From Actinomycetota bacterium (GTDB taxonomy: Bacteria; Actinomycetota; Thermoleophilia; Gaiellales; Gaiellaceae), in contig JBKPGF010000021.1 in NCBI GenBank assembly GCA_046729255.1, forward strand, positions 39,064-103,063: a DNA stretch of 64,000 nt, given 5' to 3'. Positions 8,990 through 16,998 of the stretch are shown piece after piece (positions within the stretch are counted from its first letter, which is position 1; each line of letters begins with the position of its first letter). A model generated the notes under the pieces. That model made no database searches and was not told where the DNA came from. It was given only the letters and a program-made list of their open reading frames with translations. The position numbers and the translations under genes were made by a program.

Positions 8990-10942
8990 TTACCAGGCTC
9001 CCCCTCCACCGCCGCCGCCACCACCACCGCCACCGCCAGAGAAGCTGCCGCCGAAGCCCGAGCTGGAGCTGAAGCTCGAGCTGGACGAGGAAGGCGACGG
9101 CGGCGGCGTGAACGCGGCCGCGAACCCGCCCACGAGCTTCTCGATACCGAGCGCGCTCGCTCCCGAGCCGGCACTGCCGTCCGCGGAGATCCAGTAGATC
9201 GAGCTCTGGTCATGCAGTTCCTGCGGCATGTGCAGGTGCGCCGCCTCGAGCACCTTGCCGGCGATCCCGAACGAGATGCCGTACACGAGGTAGCGCTCCC
9301 AGAGGTCGAGGGTGGCGGGTGGCGCATCCTCGAGGCGCGGGAAGTCCGTGAGGTAGCGGCGGAAGGCAGCCCAGCGTTCTGCCTCGAGCTGGGTGGGCTT
9401 CGTCCGTTTGCGCCACAGCCGGATGTTGAAGACCGCCACCAGCAGGACGAGAGCGTTCGGGAAGCATGCGAGGCCGAAGACGATCAGCAGCACGTCAGAC
9501 CACGCGGGAGCTGCCGAATCGAAGCCGGCTGCACCGACGATCAGCAGCACGATGCCGGCGACGATGAACGCCGGGATCGACCAGCCCATGATCTTGCCGC
9601 CGCTCCCTGGCACGTACCACTTGCGAATGCGGATCTCTTTCGAGATACGGGACTGGAAGTTGGAGAAGCGACTGGCGTTCTCCTTCCGCTCGACGGCGAT
9701 GAGGCCCTGAACCTGCGTGAGGAGCACGGGCCCGTCCTCCAGCACGTCGTCCATGACATAGGTGACCGGCTCCTCCAGGTCGTTCAGCTTCTCCTCCCGG
9801 TCGCCCTCGGCGAGCTCCAGGTCGGAGACAGTCTCCGTTCGCTCGCCCTGCCACCGCCGCTCCTCGCTCGTGACCGGTGCCGAGGTGTAGCGGCCGCGCT
9901 GGATGAGGTCGAAGAGCGTGGCCGTGAAAGCGAGCGCGACGTTGACGGCGCTCTTGCGCTCGTGGAGCAGCGCCGGGACGAGCGCGGGAGGGAGCTCCGA
10001 CGGAGGCGCCTGCTCGTACTCGCGGTCATAGCCGGTGCGGAGCTCGCGTCCGTAGACGAGCCAGACGAACGTGATGACGCAGAGCGCCGGCAGAGTCGCG
10101 AGCAGGAAGAGGTAGACGATCGTGCGCGGCAGATGATCGAGCGCGTCGCGGATCTTCCGACGCCCATGCTCGTAGGCATCGACGGCCGCCTGCTCCTCGG
10201 CGACGATCTTCTCGAGCCCCGGGCTCTGCACGACGCGGGCTCCTGCGGTCGAGTCCACGAGCCGTCGCGGAAACGTCACTCTCAGCTCGACGAACTGCTC
10301 GGGAGGGACGAACAGCGCCCGCAGCTTGGCTGCCTTCGGATCGCGCTCGACGGTGCCCTGCACGCTCTGCGGATGGCCCCACACGCGATAGCGCGGCCCA
10401 GCTGCGACCCCGGGCAAGACGAGCGAGGCCTCGAGCGTCGTGACCCCGACGGGCCACTCGTCGCCCCACACCTGGAGGTTGACGTCCACGACGTCGTCGT
10501 AGGCGACGGCGACGCCGCGTAAGCGATAGGCGATGGTGAACGTCCGGCCCTCGTTCGAGGCGCGGTAGTGCCAAACCACGCGCATCCGGTCCGGTAGGCG
10601 CGCGACGCCGAATGTGTCCGGCGCACGCGAGCTACCGAGCTCCGCCGACGCCCCCGGCCTGTACAGCCGCTGTGGATGCTCCTCGCTGACGGAGATGCGG
10701 TCGACTGACTCCCCGGGGCGGAGCGGGATGTCTCGGTAGGCGCCGGTGAAGTCTCCGGAGAACGCGAAAAGGATCTTCTCCTCGACGAGCAGCGACGTGT
10801 CGGGTGCGACCGTGACCGTGATGTCCGCCCGCGGCAGCACGTAGCTCTTCGCCGCCGCCGCGGACGGCAACAGGGCGAACGCCAGCAGCGCGACCAGCAG
10901 GGGCTTGCGGATCACCAGAGGAGACTGTGACACTGCATTCAA
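8990..10942 (-). CDS. DUF2207 domain-containing membrane protein, paralogue A, with Gly13-Ala-Trp C-terminus
   Basis: 650 aa. Signal peptide, ~250-aa ectodomain (KSYVLPRADITV...AYDDVVDVNLQVWGDEWP), three TM helices, a conserved WAAFRRYLTDFPRLEDAPP segment and a Ser/Gly tail. Start is uncertain (TTG 10942 or GTG 10912) and no clear SD is present. Confidence 0.8.
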   Translation of the reverse strand: MNAVSQSPLVIRKPLLVALLAFALLPSAAAAKSYVLPRADITVTVAPDTSLLVEEKILFAFSGDFTGAYRDIPLRPGESVDRISVSEEHPQRLYRPGASAELGSSRAPDTFGVARLPDRMRVVWHYRASNEGRTFTIAYRLRGVAVAYDDVVDVNLQVWGDEWPVGVTTLEASLVLPGVAAGPRYRVWGHPQSVQGTVERDPKAAKLRALFVPPEQFVELRVTFPRRLVDSTAGARVVQSPGLEKIVAEEQAAVDAYEHGRRKIRDALDHLPRTIVYLFLLATLPALCVITFVWLVYGRELRTGYDREYEQAPPSELPPALVPALLHERKSAVNVALAFTATLFDLIQRGRYTSAPVTSEERRWQGERTETVSDLELAEGDREEKLNDLEEPVTYVMDDVLEDGPVLLTQVQGLIAVERKENASRFSNFQSRISKEIRIRKWYVPGSGGKIMGWSIPAFIVAGIVLLIVGAAGFDSAAPAWSDVLLIVFGLACFPNALVLLVAVFNIRLWRKRTKPTQLEAERWAAFRRYLTDFPRLEDAPPATLDLWERYLVYGISFGIAGKVLEAAHLHMPQELHDQSSIYWISADGSAGSGASALGIEKLVGGFAAAFTPPPSPSSSSSSFSSSSGFGGSFSGGGGGGGGGGGGGAW

Positions 10943-10943
10943 T

Positions 10944-10985
10944 CCGTCGAAAGTCCAACGCGTGAGCGAACTGGACTTTCGACGG
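10944..10985. repeat. conserved hairpin, copy 2 (14-bp stem, 14-nt loop)
   Basis: CCGTCGAAAGTCCA-ACGCGTGAGCGAAC-TGGACTTTCGACGG, between the two full-length DUF2207 genes. The C-G pair of copy 1 is replaced by a T-A pair (compensatory change). Confidence 0.85.
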
Positions 10986-10987
10986 CC

Positions 10988-12892
10988 TTACCAGGCCCCG
11001 CCGCCACCGCCTCCTCCGCCTCCGCCGCCGCCGCCGGAGAAGCCGCCGCCGGAGCCGCTCGAGCCGCTCGAAGCGGGCGGCGCGAGCGCCGAGCCGAAGC
11101 CAGCCGAGAGGTCACCGATCGCGAGCGCGCTCGCTCCCGAGCCGAGGTCGCCGTGGGGGCTAATCCAGTAGATCGAGCTCGCGTCGTGCAGCTCCTCGGG
11201 CATGTGGAGCTGAGCGCCCTGAAGGACCCGCTCGGCGATGCCGAACGCAATCCCGTAGACGAGGAAGCGCTCCCAAAGAGCGAGCGTTGCTGGCGGTGCG
11301 ACGTCAAGCCGGGGAAAGTCGGAGAGGTAGCGGCGGAAGGCTTCCCAGCGCTCGGCCTCGAGCTGGCCCGCCTTGGTGCGGCGGCGCCAGAGCTTCGTGT
11401 TGCCGATCCCGATGACGAGCACGACGGCGTTCAGGACGGCGCAGACGCCGAGCGCTAGCAGGACGATGTCGTTCCAGCGCGGCGCCTGCGGGCGGAAGCC
11501 GGCGACGCCCTGCCAGAAGAAGATCGCAGCCGCGACGGCGAAGGCGAAGACGACGAGCCCCAGTGCCTTCGCGCCAGCGCCGATGTACCAGCCTCGCTTG
11601 CCGATGTCTTCGGAGACCTTCTCCTTGAAGCGGTTGAAGCGGTTGCTGTTCGACGTGCGCGTCTTCTCGATCCGGTCGCGCATCTTCGACAACACCTCGG
11701 GGCCCTCGTCGAGGATGTTGTCGAACACCTTCGTCACCGGCTCCTCCCACGGCGCGAGCTCGATCGATCGATCTCCGAAGGAGAGCTCGAGGTCAGCGAC
11801 CTGCTCCTTCCGCATGCCGGCCCAGGTCGACTTTTCGGTCGTCGTCGGCTTGGCCGTGTAGTAGCCGCGGCGGATGAGGTCGAAGAGCGTGGCCGTGAAC
11901 TCGAGGGAGCCCGGGTACATGCCCTGGCGGAGCAAGGGCGGCACAATCGCCGGTGCCTCCTCCGACGGCGGCTCCTGCTCGTACTCGCGGTCGTAGCCGG
12001 TGCGTCGCTCGCGGCCGAAGAGAAGCCAGATGCCGAACATGATCCCGAAGGCCGGGAGGAACCCGATGGCCGCGAGCTTTGCGGCCGTGCGGCCGAGGTG
12101 GTCCTTCGCGTCCTGGATCTTCTCGCGGTCCGACTCGTAATCCGCAGCGCGCTGCTCCTGCTCGGCGACGATGCGGCCGAAGCCGTTGCCATCGACGACG
12201 CGTGCGCCCCGAGTGGAGGTGAGCAGCCGGCGCGGGAACACCGTCCGCATCTCCACGAACTGGCCGGCGGGAATGTTGACCGCCCGCAGCGAGGTCCCGG
12301 TCCGGTTCCGCGCAACGACGCCGTTCACCCAGGCCGGGGCGCCCCAGATGCGGTAGCGGGTGCCCTCGAGCGCGATCGGCCGTGGCAGGTCCATCGTCGC
12401 GCGCAGGTCGTAGAGGGCGGTCGGCCACTCGTCACCCCAGACCTGGAGGTTGACATCGACGACGTCGTCGTAGGCGACCGCCAGACCGCGGAAGCGGTAC
12501 GAGAGCGTGAACGTGCGGATGCCGCCGACGGCGCGGTAGTGCCACACGACGCGCACGCGCTTGTCGGTCCGCTCGACGCCGTAGGTGTCCGCCCGGTCGA
12601 TGCTCCCGAGCTCGGTGTTGCCGCCGGGCCGGTAGCGCTTGCTGCCTTCGCTCACCGACACGAGATCGATCCGCTCGCTTTCCCGCAGCGGGATGTCGCG
12701 GTAGGCGCCGGAGAACGACCCCGCGAACGAGAACGTAATGTGCTCCCGGATGAACAGCGAGCCGTCGCGCGCGATCTTCACGTCCACGACTGCCTGCGGG
12801 AGCACGTACGACTTCGCCTGTGCCGCACCGGGCACGAGCAGCGCGATCGCTGCAATCGCGATGAGCGCGAGCGGTCGGCCGGCGGCTCTCAT
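10988..12892 (-). CDS. DUF2207 domain-containing membrane protein, paralogue B, with Gly13-Ala-Trp C-terminus
   Basis: 634 aa, collinear with paralogue A (KSYVLPQAVVDV...AYDDVVDVNLQVWGDEWP...WEAFRRYLSDFPRLDVAPP...GGGGGGGGGGGGGAW). Its ATG overlaps the stop of the upstream gene (ATGA). Confidence 0.85.
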   Translation of the reverse strand: MRAAGRPLALIAIAAIALLVPGAAQAKSYVLPQAVVDVKIARDGSLFIREHITFSFAGSFSGAYRDIPLRESERIDLVSVSEGSKRYRPGGNTELGSIDRADTYGVERTDKRVRVVWHYRAVGGIRTFTLSYRFRGLAVAYDDVVDVNLQVWGDEWPTALYDLRATMDLPRPIALEGTRYRIWGAPAWVNGVVARNRTGTSLRAVNIPAGQFVEMRTVFPRRLLTSTRGARVVDGNGFGRIVAEQEQRAADYESDREKIQDAKDHLGRTAAKLAAIGFLPAFGIMFGIWLLFGRERRTGYDREYEQEPPSEEAPAIVPPLLRQGMYPGSLEFTATLFDLIRRGYYTAKPTTTEKSTWAGMRKEQVADLELSFGDRSIELAPWEEPVTKVFDNILDEGPEVLSKMRDRIEKTRTSNSNRFNRFKEKVSEDIGKRGWYIGAGAKALGLVVFAFAVAAAIFFWQGVAGFRPQAPRWNDIVLLALGVCAVLNAVVLVIGIGNTKLWRRRTKAGQLEAERWEAFRRYLSDFPRLDVAPPATLALWERFLVYGIAFGIAERVLQGAQLHMPEELHDASSIYWISPHGDLGSGASALAIGDLSAGFGSALAPPASSGSSGSGGGFSGGGGGGGGGGGGGAW

Positions 12893-13896
12893 GGGCCGTC
12901 GAGCATAAATGCTCGCCGGGTCCGACGACTGCGCAACGGAACGGCTTCTGCGCCGAACCGGGAGTAGACGTCTCCCCTGCCGTCGGTGTCGGGCGCCTCC
13001 AGACCCAGCCAGAACATCGGGCTTCCAGACAGCATCTCAAGCCGGTACAGCCCCGCGGCCTCGAGCACGCGCTCGGCTCGACCGAACGCGATTGCGTAGA
13101 CGAGGTCCTGCTCCCAGAGCTCGAGCGACGCAGCCGGCGACTCTTCCAATCGAGGAAAGTCGGTCAGATAGCGCCGAAATGCCTCCCAGCGCCTTGCCTC
13201 CAGCTGCCCTTCCGCCGTTCGCCGCCGGCGGCGAACGAGTTTTGCGATGCCGCCCGCATAGAAGAGCACCAAGGCGCCGTCGAACGCCGTTGCGCCGAAG
13301 TAGAACGTCGCTCTCGTGCTGAGTGGGTAGAGGAGCGCGGTACCCGCCATGCCCAGGGCTACCAGTCCGGCGCTCGTGAGCACCATCACCCGGGCAGCGG
13401 TGAACGTGTACCAGCCCCGTGACTCGATCTCGGATTCGACCGCGTTCCGGAACTGACGATAACGAGCGACGTTCTCTGTGTCGCTCTCGATGCGGCCGCG
13501 GAGCGTCGACAGCGGCATCGGGCCGTCGTCCATCAGTCCGTCGAAGATCTCGGCGACGGGTTCCTCGAAGTCGCGGAGCGGCCTGCTTCGATCTCCATGG
13601 CCCAGCTCGAGATCTCCTGAACCCTGGCCGGCACCGTCGGAACGCCGCCCTCCCGGGACGGGCTTGGCGGCAAAGTACCCCCGGCGAACGAGATCGATGA
13701 GCGTTGCGGTGAACTCGTTCGTCTCGGGCGTCGTCGATCGCCTCAGAAGCGGCGGGACGAGCGCCGGGGGCGTGTCGGTCGGTGGCGACTCTTCGTAGTC
13801 CCGGTCGTAGGTCGCGGCCTTGTCCGGACCGAACACCAGCACGATGACGAGGAGCAGCACGACTGCAGGCGCGAAGACCGCGACGGCGTCGAGCAC
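12889..13896 (-). CDS. N-terminally truncated DUF2207 paralogue (membrane/cytoplasmic half only)
   Basis: 335 aa. It starts at the first post-ectodomain TM helix (AVFAPAVVLLLVIVLVFG..YDRDYEESPP), keeps WEAFRRYLTDFPRLEESP, and lacks the signal peptide, the ectodomain and the Gly tail. Only 59 nt separate it from the lemA stop. Confidence 0.7.
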   Translation of the reverse strand: MLDAVAVFAPAVVLLLVIVLVFGPDKAATYDRDYEESPPTDTPPALVPPLLRRSTTPETNEFTATLIDLVRRGYFAAKPVPGGRRSDGAGQGSGDLELGHGDRSRPLRDFEEPVAEIFDGLMDDGPMPLSTLRGRIESDTENVARYRQFRNAVESEIESRGWYTFTAARVMVLTSAGLVALGMAGTALLYPLSTRATFYFGATAFDGALVLFYAGGIAKLVRRRRRTAEGQLEARRWEAFRRYLTDFPRLEESPAASLELWEQDLVYAIAFGRAERVLEAAGLYRLEMLSGSPMFWLGLEAPDTDGRGDVYSRFGAEAVPLRSRRTRRAFMLDGP

Positions 13897-13955
13897 GGTG
13901 GGCTCGAACGTGTCGAGATCGGAGAAGAACGCGCCTAGAACGAAAGCGAGCGCAG

Positions 13956-14519
13956 CTAAGGGAAGCTCACCTGAGGAGCTTCGCGGATGGCCGGCTCCTC
14001 GACCTCGAAGTACTCGCGCTCTCGGAAGTTGAACATGCCGGCGATGACGCTCGTCGGCAGCGTCTCGCGCGCGGTGTCGTACGTCAGCACGGTGTCGTTG
14101 TAGACCTGACGCGAGACGGCGATGTCGCCCTCCACCTCCGTCAGCTGCGCCTGGAGCTGCTGGAAGTTCTCGGTCGCGCGCAGCTCGGGGTAGGCCTCGG
14201 CGACGGCGAACAGGCGCCCGATCGCCGCCGTCAGCGCGTTCTCGGCCTGCGCTTGTTCTCTAACTCCCTGCGCCTGCTGCGCCGCGGTTCGCGCCTGCGT
14301 CACCTCGTCGAAGACAGCACGCTCGTGCGCGGCGTATCCCTTCACGGCCTCCACGAGGTTCGGGATGAGGTCGTACCGCTTACGGAGCTGGACGTCCACC
14401 TGGGCCCACGCGTTCTCCGCGCGGTTGCGCAGGCTGACGAGCTTGTTGTACATCCCGATGACGATCACTACGAGCAGGACGATCGCCGCGAGGATGATGA
14501 CCCAGACCCACCAACTCAT
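13956..14519 (-). CDS. lemA: LemA family protein
   Basis: 187 aa. N-terminal TM helix, then MYNKLVSLRNRAENAWAQVDVQLRKRYDLIPNLVE...YNDTVLTYD, typical of LemA. Confidence 0.9.
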   Translation of the reverse strand: MSWWVWVIILAAIVLLVVIVIGMYNKLVSLRNRAENAWAQVDVQLRKRYDLIPNLVEAVKGYAAHERAVFDEVTQARTAAQQAQGVREQAQAENALTAAIGRLFAVAEAYPELRATENFQQLQAQLTEVEGDIAVSRQVYNDTVLTYDTARETLPTSVIAGMFNFREREYFEVEEPAIREAPQVSFP

Positions 14520-14523
14520 GGGG

Positions 14524-15252
14524 CTACCCTAGAGCAGGTCGGCTCGCGATCCAAATGGAATCCTCCTCGCCGGCCCACGGACGCCTGTCGAACCAGCCAT
14601 AGCAAGCGTCGACCGTGAAGCCGGCCTCGTGCAGAAGACCGCGCCACTCCGCCTGCGACACCCAGGCGAGGTTCATCGTCGTCTCCGACTCCGGCCCGCG
14701 CAGGGACAGGGTCAGGATGCGGCGTTGCGTGTCCCACTCGGCGCGCTCGTAGATCCCCGGCTCTCGCTCGAGCCAGCGACCGTGCGTCTCCTCGATGTCC
14801 TCGGAACTGGGCGTGAAGACGTCGAAGACGAGCCTGCCTCCCGGCACCAGCAGGGCGTGCGCGGCGCGGAGCGCCTCGAGCCGTTCGTCGTCGTCGTGGA
14901 GATGGAGGTACGCCCGGAAAGGGCACAGCACCAGCTCGACCTGGCCGGAGACGGGCGGTCGACGGTAGTCGCCGAGCCGGAGATCTATACGGTCGACGAT
15001 GCCCGCCAGCTTGGCCTGCTCGCGGCAGACCTCGAGCATGCCCTCCGAGGAGTCGACGCCGATGACGTCGATCCCCTCGCTCGCGATGGGGATTGCGATA
15101 CGGCCCGTGCCGACGCCGAGCTCGACCACCGGCCCTGGGGCGGCGGGCCGCGTCTCTTCGACGTAGAACCCGACGTCCTCCACGACGCTGCGACTCCAGG
15201 GGTCGTAAAGCCGCGAGATCGCGTCGTAGGGCTGAGCTGGGGTGTGTTTCAC
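14524..15252 (-). CDS. class I SAM-dependent methyltransferase (MT1)
   Basis: 242 aa, GTG start. SAM motif I VVELGVGTGRIAIP and post-I VIGVDSSEGML. Its stop lies 4 nt from the lemA start. Paralogous to 16999-17691. Confidence 0.8.
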   Translation of the reverse strand: MKHTPAQPYDAISRLYDPWSRSVVEDVGFYVEETRPAAPGPVVELGVGTGRIAIPIASEGIDVIGVDSSEGMLEVCREQAKLAGIVDRIDLRLGDYRRPPVSGQVELVLCPFRAYLHLHDDDERLEALRAAHALLVPGGRLVFDVFTPSSEDIEETHGRWLEREPGIYERAEWDTQRRILTLSLRGPESETTMNLAWVSQAEWRGLLHEAGFTVDACYGWFDRRPWAGEEDSIWIASRPALG

Positions 15253-15308
15253 CTGCGTCGCACAGGGTAGGCGAGTCTCGATCGAGCACCACTCGAGAGG
15301 AGGGGGTC

Positions 15309-16952
15309 ATGGTCAATCTCGGGAGAGGCCGGCGTCTCATGCTGCTTGCCGCGCTGGCCGTGAGCTTGCTCGCCGTGTCGAGCAGCGTCGCCGGTCACGC
15401 GGTCGACGGCGTGGACGTCAAGGTGACGAATGACAACAACAATGTCGACGGCGGAACGCCGAATCCCGGCTTCGACGCGCAGAACCGGCAGTCGAACGAG
15501 GCGACGATCGCCATCAGCCATCGACCGTCGCCGCAAACTGGAGTCCTCGGCGATCTCGTCGCTGCCGGCTCGAACGACTACCGCATGGTGACGGTGACGC
15601 TCGATGTCTGGATCGGCTTCTACGTGTCGGCGAACGGGGGAGCCACGTGGTTCAACACCTTCGTTCCCGGCTTCCCGTCGGACACGTCCGCCGCCGGAAA
15701 CGCCTCACCGCTGAAGGGGCTCGACGCATCCGGTGACCCGGTCGTGCGCTTCGCTTCCGACGGCGACCTGCTGGTACAAGGCATTGCCTTCAACCGCGAC
15801 TTCGACCAGCCCGACCGCCCCGTCGACAACCTCGTGTACGTGGCGCGGTACAACTTCACACCGGGCTCGCCGGGCGGCACGAGCACGCCGAGCTCGGCTG
15901 CCAATCCGCCGAACTTCACGTACGCGGGAACGACGGTCGTCGACAGGGGCGCGGTCGGCTTCGCGGTACCCGGTGCGGCCGGCTTCGTGGGGACGTTCAC
16001 CGACAAGGGTTGGATGGAGGTCGATCTCAACCTGCCCTCCGCCAGTGACTGCTCCGGGAACGTCTACGTCGCTCACACGAACTTCCACGCCTCCGGGAGC
16101 TCGCCGATCATGTTCAGCGTCTCCGAGGACGGGGGAGCGACGTTCTCGCAGCCGAAGGTCATCTCTACCGGTGGACCATCTGGCACGCCGAACAACCAGG
16201 GGTCGGACATCGCCGTCGGCCCTGACGGCGCGATCTACGTCGCGTACAACGCCTTCGAGCGCAGTACAGGCGCGGGCACGGTGAACGTCGTGAAGTCGAC
16301 CGACTGCGGGAGGAAGTGGAGTCAGCCCGTGGTCGTGGGCCCCGTCTCATCCGGTCAGGCACCGGGTGTCGCCTTCAGGACGCCGACATTCGCCTTTGTG
16401 GCTGCGGACGACACGGATCCGGACGTCGTCTACGTCGCGTACCAGAACTTGATGGGCGACTACGACATCGACGTCCAGCGATCGACGGACGGTGGAGCGA
16501 CGTGGGGTGCGGCCGTCCAGGTCAACGGCGAAGGGGCCTCGACGAGACACCAGATCTTCCCGACGATCGAGGTCTCGAACGGCACGTTGCACGTGGCGTG
16601 GTACGACTTCCGGAACAGCGTCACGCCAGCAAACGAGGCACTCGACGTGTACTACGCCTGCACGAACTGCAACGGGGCGGTCTATCCAGCCTTCGACGCC
16701 GCCACTCGGGTGACGGACGTCTCACACAACGGCAACTGCCTCCTGTTCGGCGGTGGCACGTCTGCGTTCCACGGTGACTACAACGAGCTGGACGCGCGCT
16801 GGAACGGCGCGAACCACATCGTGCATGTCGCGTGGGCGGACAACCGGGACGTGAGTCCGTGCGACCTCGATCCGGCGCCGGGCCCAGCCTCGAACAACAC
16901 CGGCAACCGCAACCAGAACATCTACGCGAGCCGGTTGACGGTCGGCCCGTAA
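15309..16952 (+). CDS. secreted BNR/Asp-box repeat (sialidase-like beta-propeller) protein
   Basis: ATG at 15309 follows GAGAGGAGGGGG. Signal peptide MVNLGRGRRLMLLAALAVSLLAVSSSVAGHA. Four Asp-boxes: SANGGATW, SEDGGATF, STDCGRKW, STDGGATW. Confidence 0.8.
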   Translation: MVNLGRGRRLMLLAALAVSLLAVSSSVAGHAVDGVDVKVTNDNNNVDGGTPNPGFDAQNRQSNEATIAISHRPSPQTGVLGDLVAAGSNDYRMVTVTLDVWIGFYVSANGGATWFNTFVPGFPSDTSAAGNASPLKGLDASGDPVVRFASDGDLLVQGIAFNRDFDQPDRPVDNLVYVARYNFTPGSPGGTSTPSSAANPPNFTYAGTTVVDRGAVGFAVPGAAGFVGTFTDKGWMEVDLNLPSASDCSGNVYVAHTNFHASGSSPIMFSVSEDGGATFSQPKVISTGGPSGTPNNQGSDIAVGPDGAIYVAYNAFERSTGAGTVNVVKSTDCGRKWSQPVVVGPVSSGQAPGVAFRTPTFAFVAADDTDPDVVYVAYQNLMGDYDIDVQRSTDGGATWGAAVQVNGEGASTRHQIFPTIEVSNGTLHVAWYDFRNSVTPANEALDVYYACTNCNGAVYPAFDAATRVTDVSHNGNCLLFGGGTSAFHGDYNELDARWNGANHIVHVAWADNRDVSPCDLDPAPGPASNNTGNRNQNIYASRLTVGP

Positions 16953-16969
16953 CCGGTAACTGCGACTTA

Positions 16970-16995
16970 GAGAGGGCTCCTTGGGGAGCCCTCTC
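16970..16995. terminator. perfect 11-bp hairpin between convergent genes (bidirectional terminator candidate)
   Basis: GAGAGGGCTCC-TTGG-GGAGCCCTCTC. It lies 18 nt after the BNR stop and 4 nt after the MT2 stop. No U-tract. Confidence 0.5.
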
Positions 16996-16998
16996 GTC

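Noticed and set aside
8999-11035. GGN/CCN triplet runs and other low-complexity repeats (also the E2 linkers at 25300-25640 and the Pro-rich linker at 30170-30260), considered as possible CRISPR or tandem-repeat arrays or slippage-prone contingency loci.
   Set aside because: All lie inside ORFs and encode poly-Gly, Ala/Pro or poly-Pro linkers. The codons within the runs are heterogeneous, so slippage is unlikely, and there is no repeat-spacer periodicity.
10905-11171. 88-aa plus-strand ORF with a poly-Pro run, lying between and over the DUF2207 genes.
   Set aside because: It is simply the antisense reading of the Gly13 tail and Ser/Gly-rich C-terminus of DUF2207-B. It has no start context or conservation signal.
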